A stretch of 64,000 nt of DNA, taken from NCBI GenBank assembly GCA_965203095.1, contig OZ241877.1, forward strand, positions 1,716,580-1,780,579, in the 5' to 3' direction. Of the stretch, positions 16,779 to 28,389 are shown in pieces (positions within the stretch are counted from its first letter, which is position 1; each line of letters starts with the position of its first letter). Under the pieces are notes generated by a model, which was given only the letters and a program-made list of their open reading frames with translations, did no database searches and was not told the DNA's origin. The stretch comes from Bdellovibrionales bacterium (GTDB lineage Bacteria; Bdellovibrionota; Bdellovibrionia; Bdellovibrionales; UBA1609). A program made the translations under genes and the position numbers.

Positions 16779-19718
16779 TTAAAGGCCCTCCTCTATGAGC
16801 CGTTGGTGAGTTTGGCGGATATTTTCCAGATCCGCTTTAAAGTTTTGATAATGGGCCGGACTGATGAGACGATTCTTTTTTAAAGTGAGGGCGTCTTTTA
16901 TTGCCCCTTCGTAATCTCTAATTTTCATTTTTTCTGCAACATAGCCCGACAGGCTATCCAAATTAGCAGTTTGTTGTTTTAGGCTGAACTTAAAAAAATC
17001 ATCCATTATTTGTTGGTTGTAAGGGATAAGCCCTCGCTTTCTTAAAAAAATATAATGTTGGAATCGTTTAAGACCTGTTTCCGTTTGAAGAGCCTGATAG
17101 CTTATTCGGTATTTATGCATGAGCTGGCAGAAAAAATTAAACCCCGCCAGGCGGAGGCAATTTTTACCCCACTCTTCCGGTGATATGTTTTTGAGCCGGT
17201 CAAATGCGTTCATTTTAGCTGTTTTCTCCTTATAATTTTTCTCTATTTGAAATTTATTTTTTAACTCGAAGGGATCATTATTTTGGTTGAGAAATAGGGA
17301 TCGCCCCGCCCTATAAATCAAATAGGGGCGAGTCAGGCTATTAACTGGAGATTCTAAAAACCGGGCCACTTCTTGAAACTCCTTTGAGCTTAAAATTTGA
17401 CTGAGAGACAGGTCTTCTACTGTTTGAAAGCCCATGGATTGGTAAAACTTTTTCACAAAAGGCTCTCGAAATTTTTTTATAGAAGGAGGGGGGAGAACTT
17501 TATGGCCCGTTAGGATTAAAATGTCTTTTAAACCCACCTGATAGATTTTAGCTTGGGGAAAAGCCTGATAGATGCTCTTTATCACAATTTTAAGAGAATC
17601 TAAATCCAAATCATAAGTGTAAAGCCACTGCCCAAAAACCCCATCTTCATGTAAACTTTTGGCAATCAGCTGGTAAAACTCCGTAGTAAAAAGGTTTTCC
17701 ACCCCTAAGACTTGAAGATTGCTGGGTTCAGAGATAATAATATCAAACTTCTTTTTTATCTTTGTAAAGTATTTGAAGGCGTCTGTTTCTATAATTTGAG
17801 TTTTCTCACTATCCATAAGATGAAAGTTAAGAGCCGGATGGACCTGTTTAATGGCTCTCACAACAAAAGGGGATATTTCTAAAACTTCTATATTTTTTAC
17901 ATCTGGTAAAGGGACATAAGCTCCAGGGGAGAGACCAGTGCCTAAGCCTACAAAGGCCGTTTGGAGATCTTTTTTGGGAGCAGAATGCAAGTAGGGGAGC
18001 ATAAAAAACACTGTGGAAAAATCCCCAATGGAGTTGCCGTCTGACTTCCCATTGACAATAATGGAGTAAGATAAAAAAGGATCTATGTTAGTAGAGAAAA
18101 GCTCTTTTAATTTTGATGAAGTTTCCATATCTTTTTTTGCTTCAGCGTAATGGATGAGAGAGACTGTGCTATTAGGCCCATCTTTAAAAAAACTGACATG
18201 GCCTCCAGCTTGAAGTTTTTTTGGAATAAAAAACCAACCCTTAAAATGCATTTTTGGATCATAAGATCGGGTGCGAAAAAGCCCGACCTCATGTCCGGAC
18301 CGATCCCACTGGGAAGGTAAGAGTATCAGCCCAGCACCTAAAACGGATAGAATAATAAAATCCCAGAGGCTTTTTTTATATAAAAGAATACTTAGAGTCA
18401 GCAAAAAAAAGATATAAATGTTAGTTTTAAATAGGCTATCTATATTAAAGAAATAAAGAGCCAAATAGCTTATGGCAATAGCACCAAAAGCTGTGCCTAA
18501 GGTATTAAAAAAGTAAAGCCATCCGCAAACTTTTCCATAATTTGTGTTTGATTTTTTTAAAAAGCTATATACAAGAGGTAAAATCCTCCCCATAAAAAAA
18601 ACAAGAGGGAAAAGAGTTGTTATGAGAAACAAAAAAATCAAAAGTTGATATATAAAATAACTGGAAATGAGAGGGGTTAAACTGATAAGGATATGGTTAA
18701 GCCATACAGACCAATAAGGAGCACTCAAAAATAAAATTTGTAAAAGAAAAAGAATAATAAAAAACTGCCGGACAAAAAAACGAAGAGAGATTTTTTTTAT
18801 AGACAAACTGCCCAAAGCCAAACCTCCCACAAATATAGACAAAATCATAGGGAAGTTGTAAGCCCCAGTGCCAATGCTTAAATTTAAAATTCTGACAAAA
18901 ATCAGCTCAAAAGAGATAGAAAGTGCTCCAGCAAAAAAAGCCAACAAGATGAGAAAGCTGTCCGGTAGCCTTGTGGCTATGACTGGTGGTTTTGTTTGTT
19001 TTTGGATAGGGCCTTTTAGCCGATTGCTTAAAAAAACCAGCCCAGAGGCAATGTTGAGTATCCCCATAAGGACTAAGGAAAAATTAAGACCCCAAAGAGG
19101 GATGAAAAGAAATCCAGCAAACAAAGCCCCCAGGCTGGCACCTAAGCCATTTGCCCCATAGACTTTGGCCTGAACTATGTGGACCTCTTTAGAATTTTCA
19201 GGCAATGCAGAGGTGAGTAGAGGGATGGAGGCTCCCATTAAAAAAGTGGGAAGTCCCAATGCCAAGGTGGAGATAGCTATATCGATTATAAAATAGTCGG
19301 GGAGAGACCAGCTCAGCTTTTTTAATATTTTAAAATAAATGGGGAAAAGAATAATATAGATACCTGCAATTCCCTCCACAAGGCCATAATATTTTAAAAG
19401 TGAATGTCGCGATAAGTTTTTTCTCTCTGTCCAAAGGCCAAAAATGTAATATCCTCCGGCCAACCCTGCTAAAAAAACCGCCACCACAAGATTTAAAGAT
19501 CGGGCCGAACTTCCAGTTAAAATCTCTAAATGTTTTTGCCATATTACTTGAGTGGATAGGGCAGAAAAGCCCGTAAGAGCTGTTGTCAAATAGATGAGAT
19601 ATCGATAAAAAGGCCCGGACAAAAAACTTTCTGCAAGAGCTGATTTTTTATTATTAAAAAGAGAGTGGAATTTGTGTAATATCATTGTTGCCCGATCCCT
19701 TAAGTAGTATTTTTTCAA
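16779..19718 (-). CDS. Fused membrane (MFS-like) / spermidine synthase-family protein (start uncertain)
   Basis: Many transmembrane segments (TGFSALSTQVIW, LPTFLMGASIP, YFFNTLG), then NGKSDG, VGLGTGLS, VLEISP, TDAFKY, FDIIISEPSN and NLFTTEFY. Confidence 0.85.
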   Translation of the reverse strand: MKKYYLRDRATMILHKFHSLFNNKKSALAESFLSGPFYRYLIYLTTALTGFSALSTQVIWQKHLEILTGSSARSLNLVVAVFLAGLAGGYYIFGLWTERKNLSRHSLLKYYGLVEGIAGIYIILFPIYFKILKKLSWSLPDYFIIDIAISTLALGLPTFLMGASIPLLTSALPENSKEVHIVQAKVYGANGLGASLGALFAGFLFIPLWGLNFSLVLMGILNIASGLVFLSNRLKGPIQKQTKPPVIATRLPDSFLILLAFFAGALSISFELIFVRILNLSIGTGAYNFPMILSIFVGGLALGSLSIKKISLRFFVRQFFIILFLLQILFLSAPYWSVWLNHILISLTPLISSYFIYQLLIFLFLITTLFPLVFFMGRILPLVYSFLKKSNTNYGKVCGWLYFFNTLGTAFGAIAISYLALYFFNIDSLFKTNIYIFFLLTLSILLYKKSLWDFIILSVLGAGLILLPSQWDRSGHEVGLFRTRSYDPKMHFKGWFFIPKKLQAGGHVSFFKDGPNSTVSLIHYAEAKKDMETSSKLKELFSTNIDPFLSYSIIVNGKSDGNSIGDFSTVFFMLPYLHSAPKKDLQTAFVGLGTGLSPGAYVPLPDVKNIEVLEISPFVVRAIKQVHPALNFHLMDSEKTQIIETDAFKYFTKIKKKFDIIISEPSNLQVLGVENLFTTEFYQLIAKSLHEDGVFGQWLYTYDLDLDSLKIVIKSIYQAFPQAKIYQVGLKDILILTGHKVLPPPSIKKFREPFVKKFYQSMGFQTVEDLSLSQILSSKEFQEVARFLESPVNSLTRPYLIYRAGRSLFLNQNNDPFELKNKFQIEKNYKEKTAKMNAFDRLKNISPEEWGKNCLRLAGFNFFCQLMHKYRISYQALQTETGLKRFQHYIFLRKRGLIPYNQQIMDDFFKFSLKQQTANLDSLSGYVAEKMKIRDYEGAIKDALTLKKNRLISPAHYQNFKADLENIRQTHQRLIEEGL

Positions 19719-19962
19719 TTTATTTTATAAGAGATTATAAAGTCAATCCTAAAGCCCGTTATTCTCGTTTTGAGCGGGAATCCTTATCTGTGTCCCCGGA
19801 CTTTTGCTTATGCAATCTATTAGAGTTAGGCTTTTTCAGGGGCGACTATTTAAAAATGTTGAGAAAAAGTCCCTTAAATGCTCAAAAAATACCCATGAAC
19901 CTATTTTAAAATCCTATCATTCTGTTTGACTTATTTTTTGGGGCTGAAGTAAAAGTGCGGGT

Positions 19963-20649
19963 ATGAGATTTATTGCCTGTTTTTTGTTGATCCTCTTTTC
20001 TTTTAACTCCAGTGCTGTTGTGGATTTGGACAAAACAGTCTTAGGCCGAGCGGTTAAAAAAAGGGATGTTTTGGCCTTTCAGCAAAAGTTGGATAAATTA
20101 GCCCATCGTCATGCAGAATACAGTCTCAAAATCTTGAAAGCCAAAGATCTGGAGGGGAATACTTTGTTCCATCGGATGGCTCAAGTTCAAGGGCCAAAAC
20201 AAGAGGCTTTTGCAGGGCAGATCCTTTATTTGGGATATTTTTTAATGTCTCTTAAAGGTATAAAAGGTTTGGAGTTTGCCTCAAGCCCTGACAAGAGGGG
20301 GCTTTCCCCTATAGAAGTTGCGGAAAAGGCGGGCAATAGTTTTGCTGTGAGAAATTTAATGGCTATGAGGAATTTAGAAATACATTTTGCCGGTCGGCAA
20401 AAAGAGCTTTTTCAGGAATTATTGGAACCTGAGGCAGAACAAAGGCAAAAGGAATTTTTGAAAAAAAACCTCTTAGGCGGAATATTGATTGTCAATGGCC
20501 TGATTTTTTCCTTTTTTGGCCTGGATACGGGCCTGTTTGTTCCCCTTATGCTGGGAGCACCACAATTAGCCATTGGTGGGATGACCTGTTATGAGGCTTT
20601 TAAAAGCTCAAAAGAATTAATTAATAAGAATGAGAATATACGAGACTGA
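19963..20649 (+). CDS. Secreted or membrane-anchored hypothetical protein with degenerate ankyrin-like repeats
   Basis: Signal peptide; KDLEGNTLFHRMA and DKRGLSPIEVA resemble ankyrin motifs; hydrophobic C-terminal segments. Confidence 0.55.
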   Translation: MRFIACFLLILFSFNSSAVVDLDKTVLGRAVKKRDVLAFQQKLDKLAHRHAEYSLKILKAKDLEGNTLFHRMAQVQGPKQEAFAGQILYLGYFLMSLKGIKGLEFASSPDKRGLSPIEVAEKAGNSFAVRNLMAMRNLEIHFAGRQKELFQELLEPEAEQRQKEFLKKNLLGGILIVNGLIFSFFGLDTGLFVPLMLGAPQLAIGGMTCYEAFKSSKELINKNENIRD

Positions 20650-20696
20650 TTTTTTAAAATCCCCACCGGGATTGATGAAAAAAACAATAAAAAAGC

Positions 20697-20769
20697 TTGA
20701 CATGGGAAAATAAGGCTGTAAATTGAGCCTTTGAAAAACGGGATCAATGCCTGTTTTTGCTCTTTGAAA
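20697..20769 (+). promoter_or_regulatory. rRNA promoter (TTGACA-N16-TAAATT) and boxA antiterminator (TGCTCTTTGAAA)
   Basis: -35 at 20697-20702, -10 at 20719-20724, A-rich UP region upstream, boxA at 20758-20769. Confidence 0.75.
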
Positions 20770-20954
20770 ACCGAATAGTCACATTGTTTCGGGACCTAAG
20801 AAGTTTTTCTTCAAGGGTTTTATATACCGTTCTTAACTGAGGTTTTACGATAAACTTTGCTCTTCAAAGGGCATGCTTTTTCGTAAATTTTTATCAAATT
20901 AAGAGCAGGTATTTTTAAAGTATTTGTAAGAGTCTTAATAGAATTCTTCGGATT

Positions 20955-22474
<1,520 letters not shown>

Positions 22475-22732
22475 TTTAAAAAAAGCTTTTTATAAATTCA
22501 GCTTTTTTAAGGTCAAACCTGAAACAAGACTATTTGGATTTTAAAGAATATTTTTTAGATTCTGATAAGATGCAAAAGGCTAATGAGAGGTCATATAGAA
22601 ATCGAGCAGTGAATATTGATTCAGATGGTGACCCAATAGTGATCCATGGTTTAATAAAAGCTTTAGAAGATGATGAATAAACAAGAAGAAGATTGGCAAA
22701 GAGAATTTTCCCGGACTTCTTTTTGAAGTTTT

Positions 22733-22809
22733 GGGCCTGTAGCTCAGTTGGTTAGAGCACAGGCTTGATAAGCCTGGGGTCAGAAGTTCAAGTCTTCTCA
22801 GGCCCACCA
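22733..22809 (+). tRNA. trnI: tRNA-Ile (GAT), intact
   Basis: Acceptor stem GGGCCTG/CAGGCCC, anticodon arm CAGGC-TTGATAA-GCCTG, TTCAAGT loop, encoded CCA. Confidence 0.96.
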
Positions 22810-22825
22810 TTTTTTTTGCAGTTCT

Positions 22826-22902
22826 GGGCTGTAGCTCAGTTGGTTAGAGCACAGGCTTGATAAGCCTGGGGTTAGAAGTTCAAGTCTTCTTGAGGCCCAC
22901 CA
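22826..22902 (+). pseudogene. Degenerate tRNA-Ile (GAT), copy 2
   Basis: 93 bp after copy 1. The 5' acceptor strand lost a C (GGGCTG) and the 3' strand reads TGAGGCCC, so the acceptor stem is mispaired. Anticodon arm intact. Confidence 0.75.
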
Positions 22903-22918
22903 TTGTTTTTGCAGTTCT

Positions 22919-22994
22919 GGGCTGTAGCTCAGTTGGTCAGAACACAGGCTTGATAAGCCTGGGGTCAGAAGTTCAAGTCTTCTTGGGCTTACCA
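22919..22994 (+). pseudogene. Degenerate tRNA-Ile (GAT), copy 3
   Basis: 93 bp after copy 2. D-stem GCTC/GAAC mismatch and broken acceptor stem (GGGCTG / TGGGCTT). Anticodon arm and CCA retained. Confidence 0.75.
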
Positions 22995-23038
22995 TTTTTT
23001 TTGTGAAAAAGGAATTTGTTGGATATTATTTTTAAATT

Positions 23039-24322
23039 ATGGAGGCAGTTATGAAAATCAATAAAATAAGAATGAAAAACTTAAGATGTTTTCCTTCAGC
23101 AGAAGGTTTGATCCGGCCGATTACCATAATTGTAGGTGAAAATAATACAGGGAAAACAACATTTTTATCCACTTATAAACTTATCCATGATCTGTTGTGT
23201 GGGGATAAACCTATAAAGCCTTCCTCTATAGAAGATTTATTAAAAGAGGAAACTTATAAATATCTTGGAGGGCCTAAACATATTGTTAGGGAACAGAGCA
23301 ATGCGGATGTAGTAAATATAGGAGCCGGTTTTAAAATTGGAGAACAAGATATATGGAATGTAGAATATTCAATAAAAAATGGGGAATCTTGTGAAAAAGT
23401 TTTAATAAATTGCCTTGAAGATAAAATAGAAGTGAACTTAAAAGGCGGTATGATGGAGTTTCTTGTAAATGGACAAAAGGGGTATGATTCTACTACACCT
23501 GCTCATTTTTCTATTCATTTTTTTGGAGTGATTTCTTTTTTGGATAAAGAATTAAAAAATGAGCTTGAAAAAAATAAAGTTTTGCATTCAAAAATAACTA
23601 CTCTTATAAACTTTAAGAGAAATGGGAATTTAAAAAACATATTTTGTAATCTTCTTGAGCCAATCCATTTAAAACCAAAAGATATATTTGATCCTTCAAA
23701 AATTAAGACCACAGACTCATCTTATACTTTATGTGAAATGGCAAAGATGAGGCAAAATAACAACTGGAATAACCTAAAAGAAGAATTTAATAAATTTGGT
23801 AAAGCCTCAAAATTTTTCCAAAATTTAGATATAGATATATTGGATAAAAACAATGATAAATCTCCATTTTCAATAAAAATTAAAGTGGATGGATTGGAAT
23901 CCAATATTACAAATGTTGGCTATGGGGTAAGTCAGTTTTTACCTGTGTTGGCAAATGTATTTATTTCAGATTCAAAAAAATACAATACTTTTTTGATGCA
24001 ACAACCAGAAACTCATCTGCACCCCAGAGTGGAAGCTGAGTTGGCTACTCTTATGGTTGATATGATAAACAAACATAAAGAAAAATATAAATTTATTTGT
24101 GAAACTCATAGTGATTATATTATTCAACGAGCTACTATTGAAATCAAAAAGAAAAGACTAAAGCCTGAAGATTTTTTAATCCTTTATTTTGAACTAAAAA
24201 ATGGAGAAGCAAAAATTTATCCAATCACTGTCGATTCAAATGGCAAATTTGAAGGTCAACCAGATAGTTATCAGGATTTCTTTTTATCGGAAGATTATAA
24301 GCTTTTGGGTTTAGAAGATTAA
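23039..24322 (+). CDS. ABC-type AAA ATPase (AAA_15/AAA_21 with DUF3696-like C-terminus), often defence-associated
   Basis: GENNTGKT, NVGYGVSQFLP, LMQQPETHLHP, ICETHSDY and C-terminal G...QPDSYQDFF. AT-rich. Confidence 0.85.
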   Translation: MEAVMKINKIRMKNLRCFPSAEGLIRPITIIVGENNTGKTTFLSTYKLIHDLLCGDKPIKPSSIEDLLKEETYKYLGGPKHIVREQSNADVVNIGAGFKIGEQDIWNVEYSIKNGESCEKVLINCLEDKIEVNLKGGMMEFLVNGQKGYDSTTPAHFSIHFFGVISFLDKELKNELEKNKVLHSKITTLINFKRNGNLKNIFCNLLEPIHLKPKDIFDPSKIKTTDSSYTLCEMAKMRQNNNWNNLKEEFNKFGKASKFFQNLDIDILDKNNDKSPFSIKIKVDGLESNITNVGYGVSQFLPVLANVFISDSKKYNTFLMQQPETHLHPRVEAELATLMVDMINKHKEKYKFICETHSDYIIQRATIEIKKKRLKPEDFLILYFELKNGEAKIYPITVDSNGKFEGQPDSYQDFFLSEDYKLLGLED

Positions 24323-24361
24323 ATTTTAAGGATAACAACCATAGCTATACAAAGGAGTATT

Positions 24362-24451
24362 ATGGGTTTACAAAAAAAAGGAATAATTATTGATGCAGAG
24401 GTTTTTTATAAGTGGTTCATGGGTATTTACTTTGTTAGCAATGAATATTAG
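24362..24451 (+). pseudogene. Possible truncated partner gene of the ATPase (29 codons, MGLQKKGIIIDAEVF...)
   Basis: AAGGAG RBS; IIIDA resembles a PIN-like first strand; ORF ends early. Confidence 0.35.
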
Positions 24452-24536
24452 GTTGATAAACAACCATTGTTTTTAATTTTATACTTACAGGTTTAGATAG
24501 CACAGATTATAAAAAAGATAGGAATAAGGAGAGGGA

Positions 24537-25061
24537 ATGAGGTTTTTTAGTTTAAAAGGAAGACTTCCTCGGAGAAGGTTTTTTTGGATAACTGTTAAAC
24601 TGCTTGTTTTGTTTATTGTAGTTGGGATTGTAATTGGCATTGTTGAAGGCACTGTTGCAATTTATACTCAGTGCCCAGCATATTATCTTGAAGACAAACT
24701 ATCGCAGTCTGCCTTAGATTGTGTGAAAAGGTTAGAAAATAATACAGACTATATGGATAACTTCTTTGTGAGTTTATTTGCTTACATTTTATCTCTTATA
24801 TTGTGTTTATTCCCTTATGTTAAAAGATTGCATGATGTGAATTGGCCAATAAGTCTATATCTTTTGAATGGACCTCCAATGATTTATGATCTCAGCTTAC
24901 TTTTTTTAGATTGGGAAAAAAATTGGATACTATGGGCTGTTTTAACTGCTCCCAGCTTTTGTTTATGGTTTTTACTTCTTGTTATTAGAGGGACAAAAGG
25001 GCCGAATGCACATGGCCCAGATCCTTTAGCAAATAAAACTCAAAAATCCAGCACTCTTTAA
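24537..25061 (+). CDS. DUF805 (YhaH/YhaI-like) inner membrane protein
   Basis: FSLKGRLPRRRFF, VKRLHDVN and GTKGPNAHGPDP. Confidence 0.9.
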   Translation: MRFFSLKGRLPRRRFFWITVKLLVLFIVVGIVIGIVEGTVAIYTQCPAYYLEDKLSQSALDCVKRLENNTDYMDNFFVSLFAYILSLILCLFPYVKRLHDVNWPISLYLLNGPPMIYDLSLLFLDWEKNWILWAVLTAPSFCLWFLLLVIRGTKGPNAHGPDPLANKTQKSSTL

Positions 25062-25062
25062 G

Positions 25063-28000
25063 ATGCTTCCACTATTGATTTTTATCTTGTTTTTCAGCCA
25101 TTTCGTGAAAGCTGTTGATGAGGAAATTTGTTTCCCTCTTAACCAAAAGAAAATAGAGATCAAACTTAATGTCACTCCTAAAAAAATAAAGTTAGATCCC
25201 AAAGGGCAAAAGCTATTATTTCCTATTTATTCCCTTCCCCCAGCTCCTCCTAATTCCATTAGAGAGGAGGTTGAAAACTGGGATGGCAGGAGATATCCTG
25301 AACTTCCCCCTATAGTTTTACCAGTGGATAATCGATATAGGCAAAGTAGAGAAATAATTCCTGACAGTCTTTATTTGTTTGATTTAGAAAGTTCAAAGGG
25401 AAAGCCACTTTTCCCCTTGCTTGATAAATTCAATCACTATAGCCATTACGGTTTTTCACCGGAGGGTTCTTTTGTTTGGGGCTTTCTGCCTGAAGGAGGG
25501 ATTAAAATACAATACTTGTTTGGCCCTAAAGCGGGACAAATTCTTGTTTTATTGAAGGGGCGACAGATTTTTCATTTTTCATATAGAGCCGATAAAAAGG
25601 ATTGGCTGGTGATCGATGGCAGAAAAGAGGACTGGGATCTTCTAATGGAAGGGAACAATCCTCCCAAGGGAGATTCGGTTAGTGAAAGTTATCTAAAAAA
25701 ACCTGTGAGATTTTTTTTGCGAGCCTTGGATCCTTTAACTTTAAAACAAAAAGAAGCAAAAAGCTTTTTGACAGAGATTAGCTCAATGAGCTGTTATGAT
25801 GTAAATTTTTCTTTTAATCGACTTTTTTATGTCCAGAAAGATACTGGTCTTTGGGGGATCCCTTTAAATGGGCCAGGGCCATCTCAACTCTACTTTGAGC
25901 CAGCTGAAGGCTTTAATGTCAATTCCTTAGAAAAAGAATGTGCTTTTTTTGGAAAGTCTAAAAAATCTTATGTCAATGTCCTTACACTTTTAGACAAAGA
26001 AAAAATTCTTTTTCGATATTTAAAAGAGAGAAGAGAATTTATCCGCCCAATACAAGATCTATTTCCTCTCTTTCTCTTAAATCGCAATGTTTTAAGGCGA
26101 ACACGAAGGCTGGGGTTGCCTTCGTTAAATCACACTTCCTATCAAGTTTCTTTTCCTTCACTTCCTTTTAAAATCAGTTATCCCTTTGCTGGACAAGAGA
26201 ATATTTTTTATGATGAGGAGGGGGAAAGGAGGTATCACGATCAGCTTTACCATATTCCTGAAGCCAAGGTTTTGACAAAAGCTAAAGAGAACATATTAGC
26301 TATGGATGAAGAGGGCCGGGTGGTTTTGAAAAAAAATGGAGAGATATTCCAGGCAATTCTTCAGCCTTTTGATCCCAACCACAGAAAAGTTGTTTTACAT
26401 ATTCCATTTGTAGAAATTTGTAGAACTAATCAGTTTTTTAATCGGGAAAAGACTCATGTGTTTGTCAGCACTGTTTGGGGAGATCTTTATATAATGGATG
26501 TGGAAGGAGGAAAGGTTCGTAAGTTTCCTGACTTTTTCAAGAGTGACCAAGGTTCTTGTTTTTTTGCCAGGGAAATATCTTTATCTCAAGGGACAATCAT
26601 AGGAGAGATTGCTCTAAAAAAACATGGAGCTAACAGCCTTTCAAAAAGAAAGATTGTTGTTTATAAGTTTCAAAGAGCTTGTGCAACTCCTCCCTCTGAA
26701 GATTCATCCTCCAGTATAGAATTGTTAAAACAAATCCTTAAGGATGAAGAGCGGATAAATTCTTTCTCCTTTTCCCGTTTCAGGGCTATTCTTCAAGAAG
26801 AGGGCTTGTTCAAAAACCATCCACAGGCTCTTGATGAGATTCTTTGGAAGGTTTTGTTAAAATTCCCATCTATTTATTTGGATTTGCTAAAGGGGGGAGC
26901 AACTCTTAAAAATTTACCCCCTTCCTCTATTTATAAAACTTTTCCTATAAGTTTGCAAAAGAGTCTTCAACAAGCAACACTCTCTCTTTTAGATGTGACA
27001 GTTTCTCAAAGTCATCCTACTCGATTGTCTAACTGGCTTTTTCTCCGTCGTCTTCAACCCCTTCTTCAACAACTTCCCAAAGGGAAACAGGATTTTTACA
27101 TAAACACTATTGCTGTATCCATTTCCAACGGTGCAAAAATTGCCCATCCCCTTTTAGGAGAGGTTTTCCAGTCAAAGATTTTTTATATTGTTCGGGAAAA
27201 TATTCAAAAGCTTTTCGGGTTAAAAAGTCGTCCTGTTAGTGATATTACTCTTATCAGAAAATCACAAAGTTTTTCCACTTTGATTTTATCCTCTGCCCCT
27301 ATTATTGGGCCTGTTGTTAACACAACTACAGATTTTGGCCTTCACTATGCTTTAGTAGATGGGGCCGGTCATGATGATCTTATGCTATATGCAATGTCAC
27401 CAGAGGGAGAACTCATTACCGATCATGTTGTGGAATGGAGAATTGCAGGAGATTCCAAGCGTTTGTATCGCGGAGAAATTCAAGTCCATACTAAAAAGGA
27501 TTTTGATGGAAACATACTTGAGTCTTCTTCTACTTTAAATTATCCTGCTTTTTGGAGAGATCAAAAATTGGTAGGTGCTGTGATTGTGGGATCCTCTCTC
27601 ACTTCAGAGGCACAGATCCTTTTAAAAGAATATCTTTCTTATTTTCATGAACAGGGTTTTCAGTTCTCCAATAGTGAGATAAAGGATCTAAAACCTTTTT
27701 TACTTGATTTGATTAGTTGTGAGTTGGACTATTTTTTAACGGAAAGCCACGGTAGCGGTGATGAGCGAAACACACTTCGTTTCACTAAGGAGAATTATAT
27801 TATTCAGGGAGAAAGGTGGGAAGGCTTGAGCTTAAAGGAAAGGATTTATCTCATTATACCTAAACCTTCAGCAGAGGAAATGGATATTGTAGGTGTAGAA
27901 GTTAACAGCCTTACTGATCTTTTGTCTTACCGGGACTTAAGTCAGGCCATAGCTCAAAGACGCTCTAAAAAATGTGGGCAGATTGTCTATTTTCACACCG

Positions 28001-28362
28001 GTTGTTGGACGGGTATAAAATCTCGATATATATTAGAGGCTGTTAACTCTCCTCTTTTTTTGAATATTCCAGTCATCACTCCATCTTTAGGCTTTGCTAA
28101 TCGATCAGGCAATGCCATTTATGCTTTACTCCATTCCCTTCGTGAAGAAAGGGATTTTGAGGGCTTTCGTGAACTTCTAAAATCAAATGAAGATTACAAT
28201 CAAGGCCGGATGGATTATTATATTTTTCCTGATGAGGATATTTATAAAAAACGAGTGTTTTCAGCCATCAGTATTCCTTTAGATATTTCTGTTGAGTTAT
28301 TTGTTAAGGACAGCCCCTTTAATGCCCCTTGGAAAAAAACAGAACCGGATACAGTTTTTTAA
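25063..28362 (+). CDS. Large secreted hypothetical protein (beta-propeller-like N-terminal part; possible His/Cys peptidase-like C-terminal domain)
   Basis: 1099-aa ORF with signal peptide; YFLTESHGSGD and IVYFHTGCW motifs near the C-terminus. Confidence 0.6.
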   Translation: MLPLLIFILFFSHFVKAVDEEICFPLNQKKIEIKLNVTPKKIKLDPKGQKLLFPIYSLPPAPPNSIREEVENWDGRRYPELPPIVLPVDNRYRQSREIIPDSLYLFDLESSKGKPLFPLLDKFNHYSHYGFSPEGSFVWGFLPEGGIKIQYLFGPKAGQILVLLKGRQIFHFSYRADKKDWLVIDGRKEDWDLLMEGNNPPKGDSVSESYLKKPVRFFLRALDPLTLKQKEAKSFLTEISSMSCYDVNFSFNRLFYVQKDTGLWGIPLNGPGPSQLYFEPAEGFNVNSLEKECAFFGKSKKSYVNVLTLLDKEKILFRYLKERREFIRPIQDLFPLFLLNRNVLRRTRRLGLPSLNHTSYQVSFPSLPFKISYPFAGQENIFYDEEGERRYHDQLYHIPEAKVLTKAKENILAMDEEGRVVLKKNGEIFQAILQPFDPNHRKVVLHIPFVEICRTNQFFNREKTHVFVSTVWGDLYIMDVEGGKVRKFPDFFKSDQGSCFFAREISLSQGTIIGEIALKKHGANSLSKRKIVVYKFQRACATPPSEDSSSSIELLKQILKDEERINSFSFSRFRAILQEEGLFKNHPQALDEILWKVLLKFPSIYLDLLKGGATLKNLPPSSIYKTFPISLQKSLQQATLSLLDVTVSQSHPTRLSNWLFLRRLQPLLQQLPKGKQDFYINTIAVSISNGAKIAHPLLGEVFQSKIFYIVRENIQKLFGLKSRPVSDITLIRKSQSFSTLILSSAPIIGPVVNTTTDFGLHYALVDGAGHDDLMLYAMSPEGELITDHVVEWRIAGDSKRLYRGEIQVHTKKDFDGNILESSSTLNYPAFWRDQKLVGAVIVGSSLTSEAQILLKEYLSYFHEQGFQFSNSEIKDLKPFLLDLISCELDYFLTESHGSGDERNTLRFTKENYIIQGERWEGLSLKERIYLIIPKPSAEEMDIVGVEVNSLTDLLSYRDLSQAIAQRRSKKCGQIVYFHTGCWTGIKSRYILEAVNSPLFLNIPVITPSLGFANRSGNAIYALLHSLREERDFEGFRELLKSNEDYNQGRMDYYIFPDEDIYKKRVFSAISIPLDISVELFVKDSPFNAPWKKTEPDTVF

Positions 28363-28389
28363 ATGCTATTTAGAGTATGGGTTGTAGTT

